Assembly: GCA_012295275.1 (NCBI GenBank)
Contig: CM022676.1
Span: 14,508,001 to 14,572,000 of the forward strand
DNA: 64,000 nucleotides
Source of the DNA: Chrysomallon squamiferum
Taxonomy: Eukaryota > Animalia > Mollusca
Direction: 5' to 3'
Shown here: positions 14,101-26,028 of the stretch, piece by piece
Layout of the letters: each line of letters begins with the position of its first letter
How positions within the stretch are numbered: position 1 is the stretch's first letter
Made by a program: the position numbers and the translations under genes
Notes under the pieces: generated by a model
Databases searched by the model: none
Told to the model about the DNA's origin: nothing
What the model saw: the letters and a program-made list of their open reading frames with translations, nothing else

Positions 14101-15260
14101 TGATTATCTTTTTTTCTAGCATAACAGTTTGAAACAACATGTTCATTCATTTTGCAATAGGGACAACTGATGATTGTGTAACATTTTATTTGAGTTATTT
14201 ATATATGATTATTTTTTATATATTTAGTTAGCTATTTTGTTGTTTCATTTTATTTATATTGCTGTTTTTTAAACTTCACTGTTATTATTATTATTATTGT
14301 TATTTGAATACTTTTATTTTTATTTATTTTTTATTATTATTACTTTTCGTCAAATCTCACTTCTGAACAGTTAATATTATCTCGTTCTGTTTCTAATTAA
14401 GCAATAATTAAAAGGTAAACTACCTGAGTTGTGTTTTAAAATGTTATTATTTCAGATGAACTCAATAATACTTTTTTTGTGCAAAGATAATTCTTAAACT
14501 AGCAAGACTGTTCTTTCTATCCATACATATGTAATTACACACACACAAATTTAACAGAATGAATTTTCTTCCTGATAGTTTTCAGTTCACATAAATCTTT
14601 TTGATATTTTATTTCAGATGAATGCAGTAAAGATTTTGGTTATCCAGATAATTGTAGTAAGAAGATTTAAAGAAACATCAGAAAGCGAGTTATTTTTTTC
14701 TCATCTTTCTATACATATGTATATAAATATAAAAACAGACACAGACAAACATGCATGTGCTCACATGTTCACACACATTTAACAGAATGGATTTTTGTCC
14801 AGATAGCATTTTACCTTTTGTTCAGATAAATGTTTTTGATATTTTGTATAAGACTTGTTTTATTTAAGATATTTAAAGGTGTAACAAGTTTAAAAGTGAA
14901 TGGAAAGCAGATAACATAACAGTGAAGAAACAAGTAATTTTTGTATATAATTAAATCATTTATCTTTTTCTTTGTATTTAATTATTGATGTCATATTTAA
15001 TTATGTTTATTAATATTAGCCACTGTTTCTGTTATTATTCAGGATAAATGAAGAAAATGGCTTGTAACAAACAAGAAGATGGAAAAGATAAAGTTGAGAA
15101 AACAGTTCAAATGACAAAGAAATGAAACAACTGGAGTGTGTACTTGACTGAATAGAGAACATGTTATCTCTTGTTGACTGAAAAATTATGCTGGAATTAA
15201 TGATGGAACTGAAATGAGTGATGACGTTTTCATTGTCTGATCTGGCTTGAGAACACATTT
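11200..15260 (+). pseudogene. Decayed multi-exon gene or lncRNA; its first exon is paralogous to the minus-strand gene at ~43.9-49.2 kb
   Basis: Exon ending at 11396 (ccag|gtgagg) aligns inverted to 48872-49200. Further exon-like blocks at ~12603-12657, ~12926-13169 and ~15043 onward have canonical borders but contain stops. Confidence 0.45.
13270..14150 (-). mobile_element. Degenerate Ty3/Gypsy LTR-retrotransposon integrase fragment
   Basis: Minus-strand translation gives LSLSHENVFAGHLG...FCWPGIYHETKEFVKSCELCQK (HHCC zinc-binding region) and TRFPETIPL...LPDEIQSDQGSNFKSKLF (rve core), interrupted by stops and frameshifts. Confidence 0.88.
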
Positions 15261-16589
15261 TTATATAAATAAAGGGAGATAACTCTGACTAAAGTTTGTA
15301 ACTATTATGACTAAAATAGTTAAGGTTTAATCTTAATTAAATGAAAGTTCAGTTCTTGACACAAATGAAGTCCACTTTTAAAATTTCATTTTATGCTGAT
15401 TTTAAATCAGTGTTAATGACAATTTTGCTTCCTGACAGAAATAGTTTCAGTGTTAAAATCTCTTTTTCTGCTTTTAAACACAACACTAATAATTACTGAC
15501 AAAAATAACTCCAGTCATTTTGTACTCTTTAAGGATTAACTTGATTCTGTTTCCAAGAGCAAATAATGAATTTTTATTTGGGTTTTATATATTACTATGA
15601 AATATTACCAACTTCTTTATTTCTTATACAAAACATTACATACATTGTCTTAGTGACAGACATTTATTTATATTTCAACTGCTGTTTAATGTTTCTCAGT
15701 TCATAACAGAAAATTTATATCAAAATATTGTTTTTGTTTTTTTGAATCAAATGCACAAATTTAACAAATTCCTCTAGATTTTTTTTGATTAACTTTTACA
15801 GTTATAAAAACAACTATAATGTAGAAATGTAAAACAAATCTATAGAATTAAGTAGTTAAGAAGTTAACTCTAAAAAGTGTTTTATTTTTTGTGTCTTATT
15901 TCATTAGTATATGATTACTTATAAATACAGGATTAATCACATGTAATATTTAAAAAAATTAAAAATAAATTACACCATACAACTGATATTCTTTGTGTTT
16001 TAGATTTATATTTTCAGGTGAATTTGTTCTGAATGAGACTGTTGCATTTAGGAACAAATTCAAAATTGCTTTTAGATTCATCAGTTAGTCATTTCTGATA
16101 ATCTTACAAACAGTGTTAGGTTTACAGTTAAACTAAAATTAATCTCAGTTGAAGAGAAATGGTCAGTGTTAACTGATCTCAAGAAATTTTATAATTATAA
16201 AACATGGTGAAGGTTGGCAATATGGGAAAAAAAGTTACATTAATTTAGTAAATCTTTCACTGTAGGTTACAGTTATGACAGGCAATATGATTTAAATATA
16301 CATGTTCAAAATATATATATATTTTTTTTTTTTTTAAACTTTGTTAAGATTATGATGAGTGTTAGCAAATGATTTGGTTAGATTTACAATTAAATATGAG
16401 TTTTTCTCTTCAACTTTAGAGAAAAATTTAGAGTCAGATTTCGTTATTATTCTTTTATGTTTAAAACAGTAAAAGATCAGATCAATATTAAGAAAACAAA
16501 ATTAGTTACTTTTATTTAAATAAATATTTTGTTTCTGAGACTGTAACATGAAGGGTTGGGCCAAGTGCCACAGATATTATTATTAGGGG

Positions 16590-17330
16590 TTAGTGTAGGT
16601 GTTAGGTTTGGATTAGTGTACAAGTCAGGGATAGGTTGAGGATCAGGTTTAACAGAGTTACATTTCATTATCATTATTCATTTACTTTTCAGAGAAAAAG
16701 ACGAGATCAGTATTAATAAAAGATATAGTTACCTTTATTTAAAGATGTTAGGTTTAACATAACGAGTTAGTGCAGTTGTTAGACTTAGTATTATGTGTTA
16801 GTGTAGCTGTTAGGTTTAGTATTAAGGGTTTCTGTAAGTTTTATATTTATAATTAGGGGTTACATTATGTGTTATGTTTAGGGTTTAGGTGTTAAGTTTA
16901 GGATTAGGGTTAGTGTAGGTGTTAAGTTTAGGATTAGTGTGCACAATGATAGGATGAGGATCAGGTTCAAATTTGGAATTAGGATTAGGAGTAGTTTTAG
17001 GATTAGATTTGTATATCTATTTTCCTGAGGAGACTTTGTAGAAGATTTGAAAAACCTTATAAAGAGTTTTAAAAAGAAATTTAAAATAAGTTTCATTTAA
17101 AAAAAAATTAAGGAGGAAAATTCAAGGAGGATAAAAATTAAAGTAATTTCAATACATCCTCAATTTTATCATCCTGTTACGAGTAAGTGTTACGCCCAGG
17201 GTAAACAATGTCATTAGGGTTAGGTTTATATTTAAATGTATAGGTTTTACATACAAGACGTGGAAAATCGTCTGATGAGTTTCACAAGTAAGTTTATAAT
17301 TTTGATCAGGTTTTAGTTAGGGTTAGTCTA
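16590..17330. repeat. Degenerate TTAGG/ttagtgtaggtgttaggttt-rich repeat; inverted counterpart at ~40490-41030
   Basis: Repeated ttagg/ttagtgtagg words; the reverse complement acacctaatactaaacct array lies at 40.5-41.0 kb. Confidence 0.7.
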
Positions 17331-17583
17331 ACATTTATTTTAAGAGCTTTTATTTATTTATTTTTTATTATTATTTTTTTTTTTATTAGATTTTTTTTTT
17401 TTATATTTTCATGCAAAACAGATGACAGTTTATTTATTTTTTTTTATTTATTTATTTATTTTTAATAACATTAAATCAGTTTTGAAAGAAAATCGTTTTA
17501 AAGAAAACTTTTTTTTAATGGTTTATTTTTGTTTTGTTTTATAGAATTACCGTTATAACTGTTATTTGCGTTTCTCATTAAGC

Positions 17584-17621
<38 letters not shown>

Positions 17622-17699
17622 GAAAACAAAATAGGGCCTACGTATGTTGTAATATGATTTGTTAGCCTGTATCCGGTGAAATAATCTCAGTTTCTGTAA

Positions 17700-17922
17700 C
17701 TAATATCTTCCCATACACAGGAACACTTCGCTGTTGTTGCACCATGGCTGGCCTCGTTGTGAGTAGTAGTTCCGTCCTGACATTCGGAGTTCTTCGTAAA
17801 ACACACTGGCGTGTTCGCTACACTTCCGTTTACCACGGCAGTCAACGAGCATGTTGTCATAGAAAGCTAGGTCGCACTCCCCACGATTAATGTCATAATT
17901 CTTACCCCCTGTAATACTACTA

Positions 17923-17959
<37 letters not shown>

Positions 17960-18463
17960 ATAATAATAATAGCGGTAGTAGTAGTAGTAATAGAGGCAAA
18001 TAGTAGTAGTAGTAGTAGTAAAAGAACTACAATAATTGCTGTTTTGTTTTCACTACTATTATTATTATTACTATTACTACTAGTATTAACACTAGTTCTA
18101 CTATTACTACTACTGCTACTAGTACTACTACTAATAATAAAACGATAACTATAAATACTACTGCTAATATTTTTATTAGTTATTACCACTACTCCAACGA
18201 CAACGGCTTCTACTACAAGCTACTACTATTAAGAATAATTGTAATTAGTCATGTGTCAACAGTATGTCAGTAATACATATAAGGAACAGTACATATAAAT
18301 AATAAAAATCAAATAAAATGACAGTTTTCATGGAAATCTCATAAAGAAGCTATGTATTTCATAAATAAATAAAATTATACAAATGAGCAAACGAGCAAAA
18401 TAACGATTGAACGAAGGAACCAACGAAAGAGCAAACAAAAAACAACAATAATAATAGTCATAA

Positions 18464-18514
<51 letters not shown>

Positions 18515-18734
18515 ATACTGAAAATAATCATAAAAAGGGAAAAACAAAACTAACACAGTCATAACACAACTGAAGGTGGTTACAAGCTTTCTGAAATACA
18601 CTTCTGTATTTTCTGCTTACAGTTCCTGGAATGGTACATCCATCATTTCCGAACTGTTTACAACTGTGTACGTTAGCGAGAACTTTAAAACACGTCATAA
18701 AGACACACAACAATACAAAACACTGTGTTAACAT
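17700..18734 (-). CDS. Secreted conodipine-like (group IX-type) phospholipase A2 homologue, ~128 aa, two coding exons (18734-18555 and ~17908-17700), catalytic HD replaced by LQ
   Basis: Exon 1: MLTQCFVLLCVFMTCFKVLANVHS|CKQFGNDGCTIPGTVSRKYRSVFQKACNHLQLCYDC then gttagt donor. Exon 2: GKNYDINRGECDLAFYDNMLVDCRGKRKCSEHASVFYEELRMSGRNYYSQRGQPWCNNSEVFLCMGRY*. The spacing GCxIP..Y...F..AC....CY.CG..Y......CD.AF...M...C...C...A..(F/Y)Y...R..G..YY.....WC....V..C matches conodipine-type sPLA2. Junction phase is off by one at a G5 run. Confidence 0.85.
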
Positions 18735-18819
18735 TGAGTACACTATTTCAAATTTGACGTTTTTCTCAGTAATGTTCTCAAACATATTGATCACTGCTTT
18801 TCTCACGTAACAATAGACC

Positions 18820-18856
18820 TGACGTCATTAATGCGTGACAAATTATTCTGACGTCA
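18820..18856. promoter_or_regulatory. Two perfect CRE palindromes (TGACGTCA at 18820-18827 and 18849-18856) upstream of the PLA2-like ATG
   Basis: Exact 8-mers ~85 and ~115 bp 5' of the ATG at 18734 (minus strand). Function not demonstrated. Confidence 0.5.
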
Positions 18857-18874
18857 TACCATATAGATCTAGTT

Positions 18875-19184
18875 CAGGCCTGGGCATTTTACGGCCTCCG
18901 GGCCACATACAGCCATTTGGTTGACTCTGACCGGCCCGTGTAAGGTTAATTAGAATTACACAATAAACTTATTTTCTAATTTCATATCATGCATAGACTA
19001 AAGCTGCATTGCTTTTATTTTGAAGGTGTATTGTTATTCACGTACAAAATGACGAAATATGTAAATCAGTCTTACCAGCTTGTCAAAACAATGGTATTTA
19101 CTGCTTTTTGTAAAGAAATACAATTAATATTATGCAGAATTGAGTTAAGCCTTTTGGCCCGGCCCACAATATTTTTCTGTTTTC
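18875..19184 (+). mobile_element. Truncated non-autonomous hAT (Charlie/Buster-type) element, left end
   Basis: Starts CAGGCCTGGGCATTTTACGGCCTCCGGGCCACA, has GGCCC subterminal motifs (also ggcccggccc at ~19156), and is preceded by ATCTAGTT, matching the NTCTAGAN-type 8-bp target preference. No right TIR found. Confidence 0.7.
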
Positions 19185-19548
19185 ATAGAATGCGTATACT
19201 ATTCACTTGAAAACACATCCTAGTGACGTGTAAACAACATTTTTGGTTAACTAAGTCGTTACTGCCATAACATTTATCCTTTATTGATCGACTTCAATTA
19301 GACCAGCATCGCTGAAACTAATATAAAAAAACTAGATCACCCCCCCCATCCGCATCACCACACCCTTTTCGTAGTGTTCGCTGCCGATCTGGTTCATTTC
19401 ACCTGGAACAAGCATCTGATATAAAGACGGTTTACAATAATTCAGGGGCCGTATTTCGGAAGATGTCGCCATAACGACTCAGTTAACCAAAAGTGTTGTT
19501 TACAGGTCGCTACGATGTGTTTTGAACTGAATAGTATACGCATTCTAT
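19185..19548. mobile_element. MITE with ~85-bp imperfect terminal inverted repeats
   Basis: atagaatgcgtatactattca...aaacacatc.tag.gac.tgtaaacaaca.ttttggttaact.agtcgtta at the left end; its reverse complement ends at 19548. No ORF; superfamily not assignable. Confidence 0.85.
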
Positions 19549-20512
19549 AACTCTAAGAAAGGGAGATAACTAAGGAACCAACTAAAAAAAAAATACGAGT
19601 AATTCCATTTTCCAACGATTTTTGTGTTTTATTTATTTATTTTAGTATTACTTGTTTGTACACCAATACACACCGACACACACACGCGCTCGCTTCCTCT
19701 TCTTATAGTTTATTTCTTTATGAGACACATTTCCGAAAAACGTGCTTGTCGAAGAATGTTATTTTAAATTTAAATCTGATAATACATTAACAAAGCTGAC
19801 AAGTTTACTAGCATATTATTCTCGGTCACTGCAATATATTTCTGTAAAGTGTAAAACAGATTAGAAGTAAATTCATTTCAATAATATTAAGTAAAAAAAG
19901 AGAGAAAAAAAAAAGATATATAAAATAATTTGAACATTAACTTACATTATTAAAAAAATAAATAAATAAAAAATAAATCAATAAAAAATAAAGTTCAGTT
20001 CATTGTAATATTCAGGTTCACAGACTACAATTTTAGGAAATAATTTAGTGAGTTAAATAATGTAACTACTAGTGTAACAACTCATTTAGTTTGAAGTATG
20101 AGAAATATTTTCACTATTCAAGTTACGTAGAAACCTTATTATCATCTTGTTAGTGTGTTTCTTACAAATGACATCAAATAACTCACATTAAATTCTATTG
20201 ATATTTTTCTTCCTACAAAATATCATGTGACATGTTTACGTACATGGGTACCTACTGGACGCTGCCCCAGTGCACTGTTAAAACAACTTTACTTCTAACT
20301 TTGTATCGAGTGCCGGGGATATCACGATTTCACGTTGTTGCAGTTGATGACTCGAAACCTACCGAGTGACACCAAAATGAATCGACGTGGCTGTTTCGGT
20401 GAAAAGTACAATTTCACACACTTCCTTAGTAACGTGTATCTAGGGAAGGTTGATGACAGGGAGACGTCAAATCTTGTATCGAGCGCCATCTGCACCCGAG
20501 CTAACGCTAAGC

Positions 20513-20782
20513 CTAACCATAATACTAACTTTAACCCTAGTCATAAGGTAAACAGATAACTAAATCTAACCATAATACTAACTTTAACCTAGTCATAAGG
20601 TAAACAGATAACTAAATCTAACCATAATACTAACTTTAACCTAGTCATAAGGTAAACAGATAACTAAATCTAACCATAATACTAACTTTAACCCTAGTCA
20701 TAAGGTAAACAGATAACTAAATCTAACCATAATACTAACTTTAACCCTAGTCATAAGGTAAACAGATAACTAAATCTAACCA
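20513..20782. repeat. 5 near-identical 52-53-bp tandem repeats (ctaaccataatactaactttaaccctagtcataaggtaaacagataactaaat)
   Basis: Unit starts at 20513, 20566, 20618, 20670, 20723 and (partial) 20776. Confidence 0.95.
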
Positions 20783-22330
20783 CAATCTAACCATATCGCT
20801 AATGTTAATGACAACGCCAACCCTAACTTTAACCCGTATACTCACCTAACTGTAACGATTATCATAATATTAAAACTAAATATGATCTTAATGTTACACT
20901 AGCCCTATCATAGTTCTATAATATGACAAACTGATGTTTTATTAAAATAAAACGTATTTTAAATAGTATCCTGAGAGTTAAAACAAATTTTCCCAAATTA
21001 ATTTATTTTTCTAAGACTCATAAGTATTAGGTTTTGATGTAATTATCGACTGACCTGACATTAAAAATATTACAATAAAATTAGAAAAAAATATATAAAA
21101 AAATAACTCGTGGAATTTAGTATGATATGCAAAATGCGTTTTATTGTAATAAAATCTTAATTTATCATAAGGTTATTTTTATAACAAACGTTATATAGCC
21201 ACGGTTAGGTTTAGGGTCTTTTGAACTTGTATACAAATTAAATTAATTGAGATTGCGATAATATTTGACACAATTACATGTACACTGCTTGTAGAAACTA
21301 TTTTGTAAAAGTATTTAGGAAGTTCGATACGTTGCCGTTTTTTTTTGGTCGCTCTGCCATTACGTCGAATTCAATAAAACAAAGCAAAATGTGCGCCATA
21401 CATATTTATGTAAACTTCTGCTTTCAACACTAAAATTAAATGAGTTAACTGACTCAGATACTAACACACTAATACTAATCTTGTTCCTTTAGCTGCGTAT
21501 AGTGCGACCATTTCATCTTGAGCACGCGGTAGACTGTTTACGGGAAAACTGAAGTCATTGTTCATGAAGAACCGTACTTGAAAAATTGTATGTTGTTGAC
21601 AAAGATAATTGTATAGATACATGCATACATACATACATTCACAAAAAAGTATTTTATTATTATAATTGTGTAACGTTTTTCATTCGTACAATTTAAAAGA
21701 CATGAAACGGACCAGTTCGATGTTCAAGTTTAGACAAGATTAATTTTTGGCGGGGTGAAATGTGTTATTTTACTCTGTGCATGTACAAACCAGTTGTTGT
21801 GTGTTATTAGTGTATTGTTACAGACTGTGACAGTCATTTTATAAAATTAATTAGTTATATGTAACAAAATATAATTGTAGCGCCTTCGCTTCAACAATTA
21901 CAACAACAACACAGTCAGATAACTGGCAACCTCTTAAGTTATATATAATTTTCAAGGTACTTGTGCTACTCAGTCTTTCTTCTCAAAATGTGGTAGACAA
22001 ACATATTACAAAATAGCTGTATTTCTAACAATATTTGATATTTAATACTTAAGTGTTAGATTGGGAAATACATTTAATTTATCAACTGAGAATAATAACA
22101 TTTTCTGAATTAGATTATTTAACGTAGTTTGAGTTTATGTTAACTGATTTTCTATTTTCAGTTTCTCTTCTAGGTTGTATTTTTAAAATTTTCGTTGTTT
22201 CATTTATTTATTTATTTATTTTTTAACTGACAAATTATTTCTCTAGGGTGCCTCAAGAAGTTGTTGTTTTTGTGTTGTTGCTGTTACTATTCTTATTGTT
22301 TCTATTATTCTTATTATTCATTTATTGTTG

Positions 22331-22364
<34 letters not shown>

Positions 22365-22411
22365 TGTATGACACACTGTAAAACAAGTTATGTTCACAGA
22401 TATTATGGATA

Positions 22412-22560
22412 ACATACAACACATCCTTGTGTAGTAACTTTATTACACTGACGGGAATTGAACCAATGGCCTGTTAGTGTGTAATAAGAACATTACTTCA
22501 CTTAATACATACAACACGTTTGTGTAGTAACTTTATTACACCGACAGGAATTGAACCACT
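22412..22560 (-). repeat. Two copies (~93-bp period) of a unit carrying a tRNA B-box-like motif; possible tRNA-derived SINE relic
   Basis: GGTTCAATTCCCG and GGTTCAATTCCTG on the minus strand (22452-22464, 22545-22557) within a direct duplication. No full cloverleaf is evident. Confidence 0.45.
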
Positions 22561-22688
22561 TACCTGTCATAAGAACATGAATTCAGCACAACATACCTAA
22601 CTTTGTAATATCTGGAACAAAATATACGGAAAAGAGAAATCGATAAATAAATATATATATAAACAAAGATGATGATGATGATAATAAA

Positions 22689-22734
<46 letters not shown>

Positions 22735-23863
22735 GAACTGCACAGAGAGATAGAGAGAGAGACAGAGTTCAGAGCCATGATGTAAAGAGTTGTAAAATCT
22801 ATTGAGTTTGCTTATCTCCCAATCCAACCAGTGTTTTTTGTTGTTTTATTTTAAAGCATTTCACTTGAATTTCTCTTACACCATTTATTCTTTCTACACA
22901 GAAGAGAGAAAGATGACATGAACCAAACAAATGTAATTAAAACATTTATTTCTATACTTCTATATTTCGTGTTTACATTTTTAACAAATTAAGTACAAAT
23001 TATAATTTTATGTATAAACAAAGTGACAACTTCTAATATTATGTCTAATGAATATTGTATATAATATAATTTACTAGCATATCTATTTTACATAACTCTA
23101 AATAAAAGGACACAGACAAATGAATCAAATAGCAGTTCTTAAGTTCATGTCTAACAAACAGTAAACACATAATTTATCTTCGTATTAGTTTAAAAACGAA
23201 AAAAGTAACGGTATTTTATTTGATTTGTGACAAAATCTAAACACATAATTTATTATACTTCTTAACAGACTAATCTTATGTAGGCATTTATAGATACTTT
23301 GTATTTCATGGGAATTAATTTACAGATGGAAGACGGAAACAAAATAATTACAAAAATAATTAAGTTTTTTTGACTCCTGTGTAGTGAATACTGAACGATA
23401 TAAAATTTACATTGATATTTAAACTAAAATAAAATGTCACTTGGTCTCAAATAAATACTAAATATTTACGCATATTCAATAATAAGACATCCATGAACAA
23501 AGAAAAACAAATTATATATATATATATAAATATAATACTATTTTCGAATATAGAATTAAAATAGTTAGGTATCAACATATTTCCTCTATTATTATATGAC
23601 AGTTTTAGAAATACATTAAATAATCAAACAATCTATATTAAATAAATAAATAAATAAAGCAATGAGCTCTTTTATGTACATTATACACTTGTCTGTTTGA
23701 CAGAAGCCAGTGGATTAGAAACTTTCAAATAAAGTGTGTATGACGTCATCAGAAGTACAAATGTAAACAAAAATAAGTAAATATATATATAAACAAAGAA
23801 ATAAAAATAAATATATGAGTCCAGTGATGACTAAAAGTGACAGTATTTGAACGATGTTGTTTT

Positions 23864-25105
23864 TTACACTAGAAATAACAAAGCAGGTATTTGTCCTTCT
23901 ATCACATCTGTACGAAGTTGTCTGTCACTGTGTTTAGATTTGTGTGAGTCAGAAAATCTACAAAAAAAAGAGTCTACAACAATTTCTGATTTACCTTCAA
24001 ATCCACACAATGAGTCTCCTCCCTTAACATTAACAAACAAGCTGTACTCAGTGTCTTTAGTAATCTTCACTGGACGTCTGAAAACGACGTCATACACGCC
24101 AGACACGTGTTCATATATCTGTGTCAGTGTAGACCCGTCCAGTATTTCGTCTGTTCTTGTGTCAGTGACGAAGGCGCTGACGTCGTAGTTTCGTGGTTCA
24201 GGGTGACCGTACAAGTGAAATCCGCGAAGTAAAGCGTTTCTGTTGACAGAGAAAGTAATGGCGTCGTCTTCTTCACCAGAACATGACAAGTAGAAATCAA
24301 ACCAACCGCATTCTCCAGCATACGCACCAAACCTGTTTATTGTAATCTGTGTTTTAGGAATCTCTGCTGTTCTCTTGTTTGAGTTAAAAGGTGAAACATC
24401 TTCATCTGGACAAAGGAAATGTTTGAACATTCTGTACTCTTCTGTCTCAGTGAGTATGTGAGTGGGTGTCACGTGTTTTACAAAATATGTCTGATCGAGT
24501 AATGGATAACGCACGTGCTTCACGACCTCTCCCAGTGCTTCGCGCATGTTTTTTTCACTCGTCGTCTTCCCTTGTTTCCTGCACGCGCTGTCAGCCCAAT
24601 TCACAGCGGCTTCAAAAACATTTTTCTCGTCTGCTGTCAGTTCGTCTGATCGTACGATCTCAACCAGACATTCGTGACAAAGATCGGTGACTTCATCTGA
24701 CTTCAAAACTTCGTCGCCATTTTTCAAAATGTAGTCCAGACTTTTTCTCGTTAGATCTTGTTCATCAAACAGGTGAGCTTGTTCCAGCACGACGCACGCA
24801 TTCTGTGACGACAACGACGACTCAAATAATGTGTGCACAGATCTTCAAGTGTTGTGATGATGTACTTCCTCGATAGATACAGCAGACCGGTGACGTTGTC
24901 GCCTGTTAGGACGACGTCATCCGTATAAAGATATCTGTGTAAAAGAAGTAGAGTAAGACTTTAAAATGTGAGATTACAAAGTGAGATCAATTAATTAGAA
25001 AATAATTAGATTACTAACAAAAACTGTATTGTTATCAATGTTTCTGTCTGTATGTATGTGTCTCTTCCACACTTTGTTCTTACGTGTGTTTCCATGACTG
25101 TGTCT

Positions 25106-25162
<57 letters not shown>

Positions 25163-25426
25163 AACATACTTTAGAAACTCCGAGAATATTTCTGCCTTCA
25201 CATCCGGTACTTTGATATTTGACTGTTCGCGAAGTTCTCCACTAAACATTTGATGGAAAACTTCGCTTCGAATCATGAGTATGAACCGATGCGCATCAAT
25301 TGTCGTTTTATTTTCTCCCACTACAAATCTGATATCACTGTCAGCTTTCGTATGAAAAACGTGTTCAATACACTGAGTTAATTTCTTCCCTGTCTGCCAA
25401 CTTGTGATTTCAGCTGATGTGGCCAT
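23864..25426 (-). CDS. BTB/POZ-BACK-PHR protein (BTBD1/2/3/6-like); coding exons 25426-25170 and 24934-23864; 1-nt frameshift at ~24823-24826 (pseudogene or assembly error)
   Basis: MATSAEITSWQTGKKL...SDIRFVVG...IDAHRFILMIRSEVFHQMFSGEL...VPDVKAEIFSEFLK|YLYTDDVVLTGDNVTGLLYLSRKYII (BTB), then BACK (EKNVFEAAVNWA, VRYPLL) and PHR (DAITFSVNR...GQIPALLF). The 235-nt GT-AG intron (24935-25169) joins in phase. The frame slips at CAT TAT TTG AGT, where HYL-ESSL is expected. Confidence 0.93.
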
Positions 25427-25458
25427 GTTTTCACTACAAACAAACGATAATAATAATG

Positions 25459-25569
<111 letters not shown>

Positions 25570-26028
25570 GAAAGGGAAAAAGAAATTGTACAGACAGAAA
25601 TGTAACAATTCTTAGAGCAAACAAATAATAAGATTAAAGAAAAAAGAAAAAGGATAGAAAACTATATAGCAAATCGATAAAAGATAAAAATAAATGGTTT
25701 ATGCTTATACTAGCGATTATTATGATGGTGACGACGACAAGAACATTAATTATTATTATCATTATTATTATAAACAGACGTGTTTGGTCACAGTCAGGTA
25801 AATACTATTTCACTGTCGGACAAACAGTTTTCAAATTGCAATGTCCTTATGGTTATTTATACGATTTTACTCCTCGAAAGACAACAAAATTATCCGTCAG
25901 TGACACATCTAAATAGAAAAATTATGTAAGAAAAAGGAAAGAAAATGAGAAAAGTGAAGAATCAAGATGCAATGTTTCTAAAGTAGAAACAATATAAAAT
26001 TATTTGTAATTTCAATATGGATACCTAC

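Noticed and set aside
16590-17330. Possible interstitial telomere
   Set aside because: Only scattered TTAGGG/TTAGG words within a degenerate longer unit; no pure array.
20513-20782. Regular repeat array resembling CRISPR
   Set aside because: Units are head-to-tail with no unique spacers, there are no cas genes, and the context is eukaryotic.
23847-24690. Plus-strand ORFs 23847-24188 and 24466-24690, mirrored by 55284-55628 and 54812-55036
   Set aside because: Antisense shadows of the BACK-PHR coding exons; their similarity follows from the paralogy.
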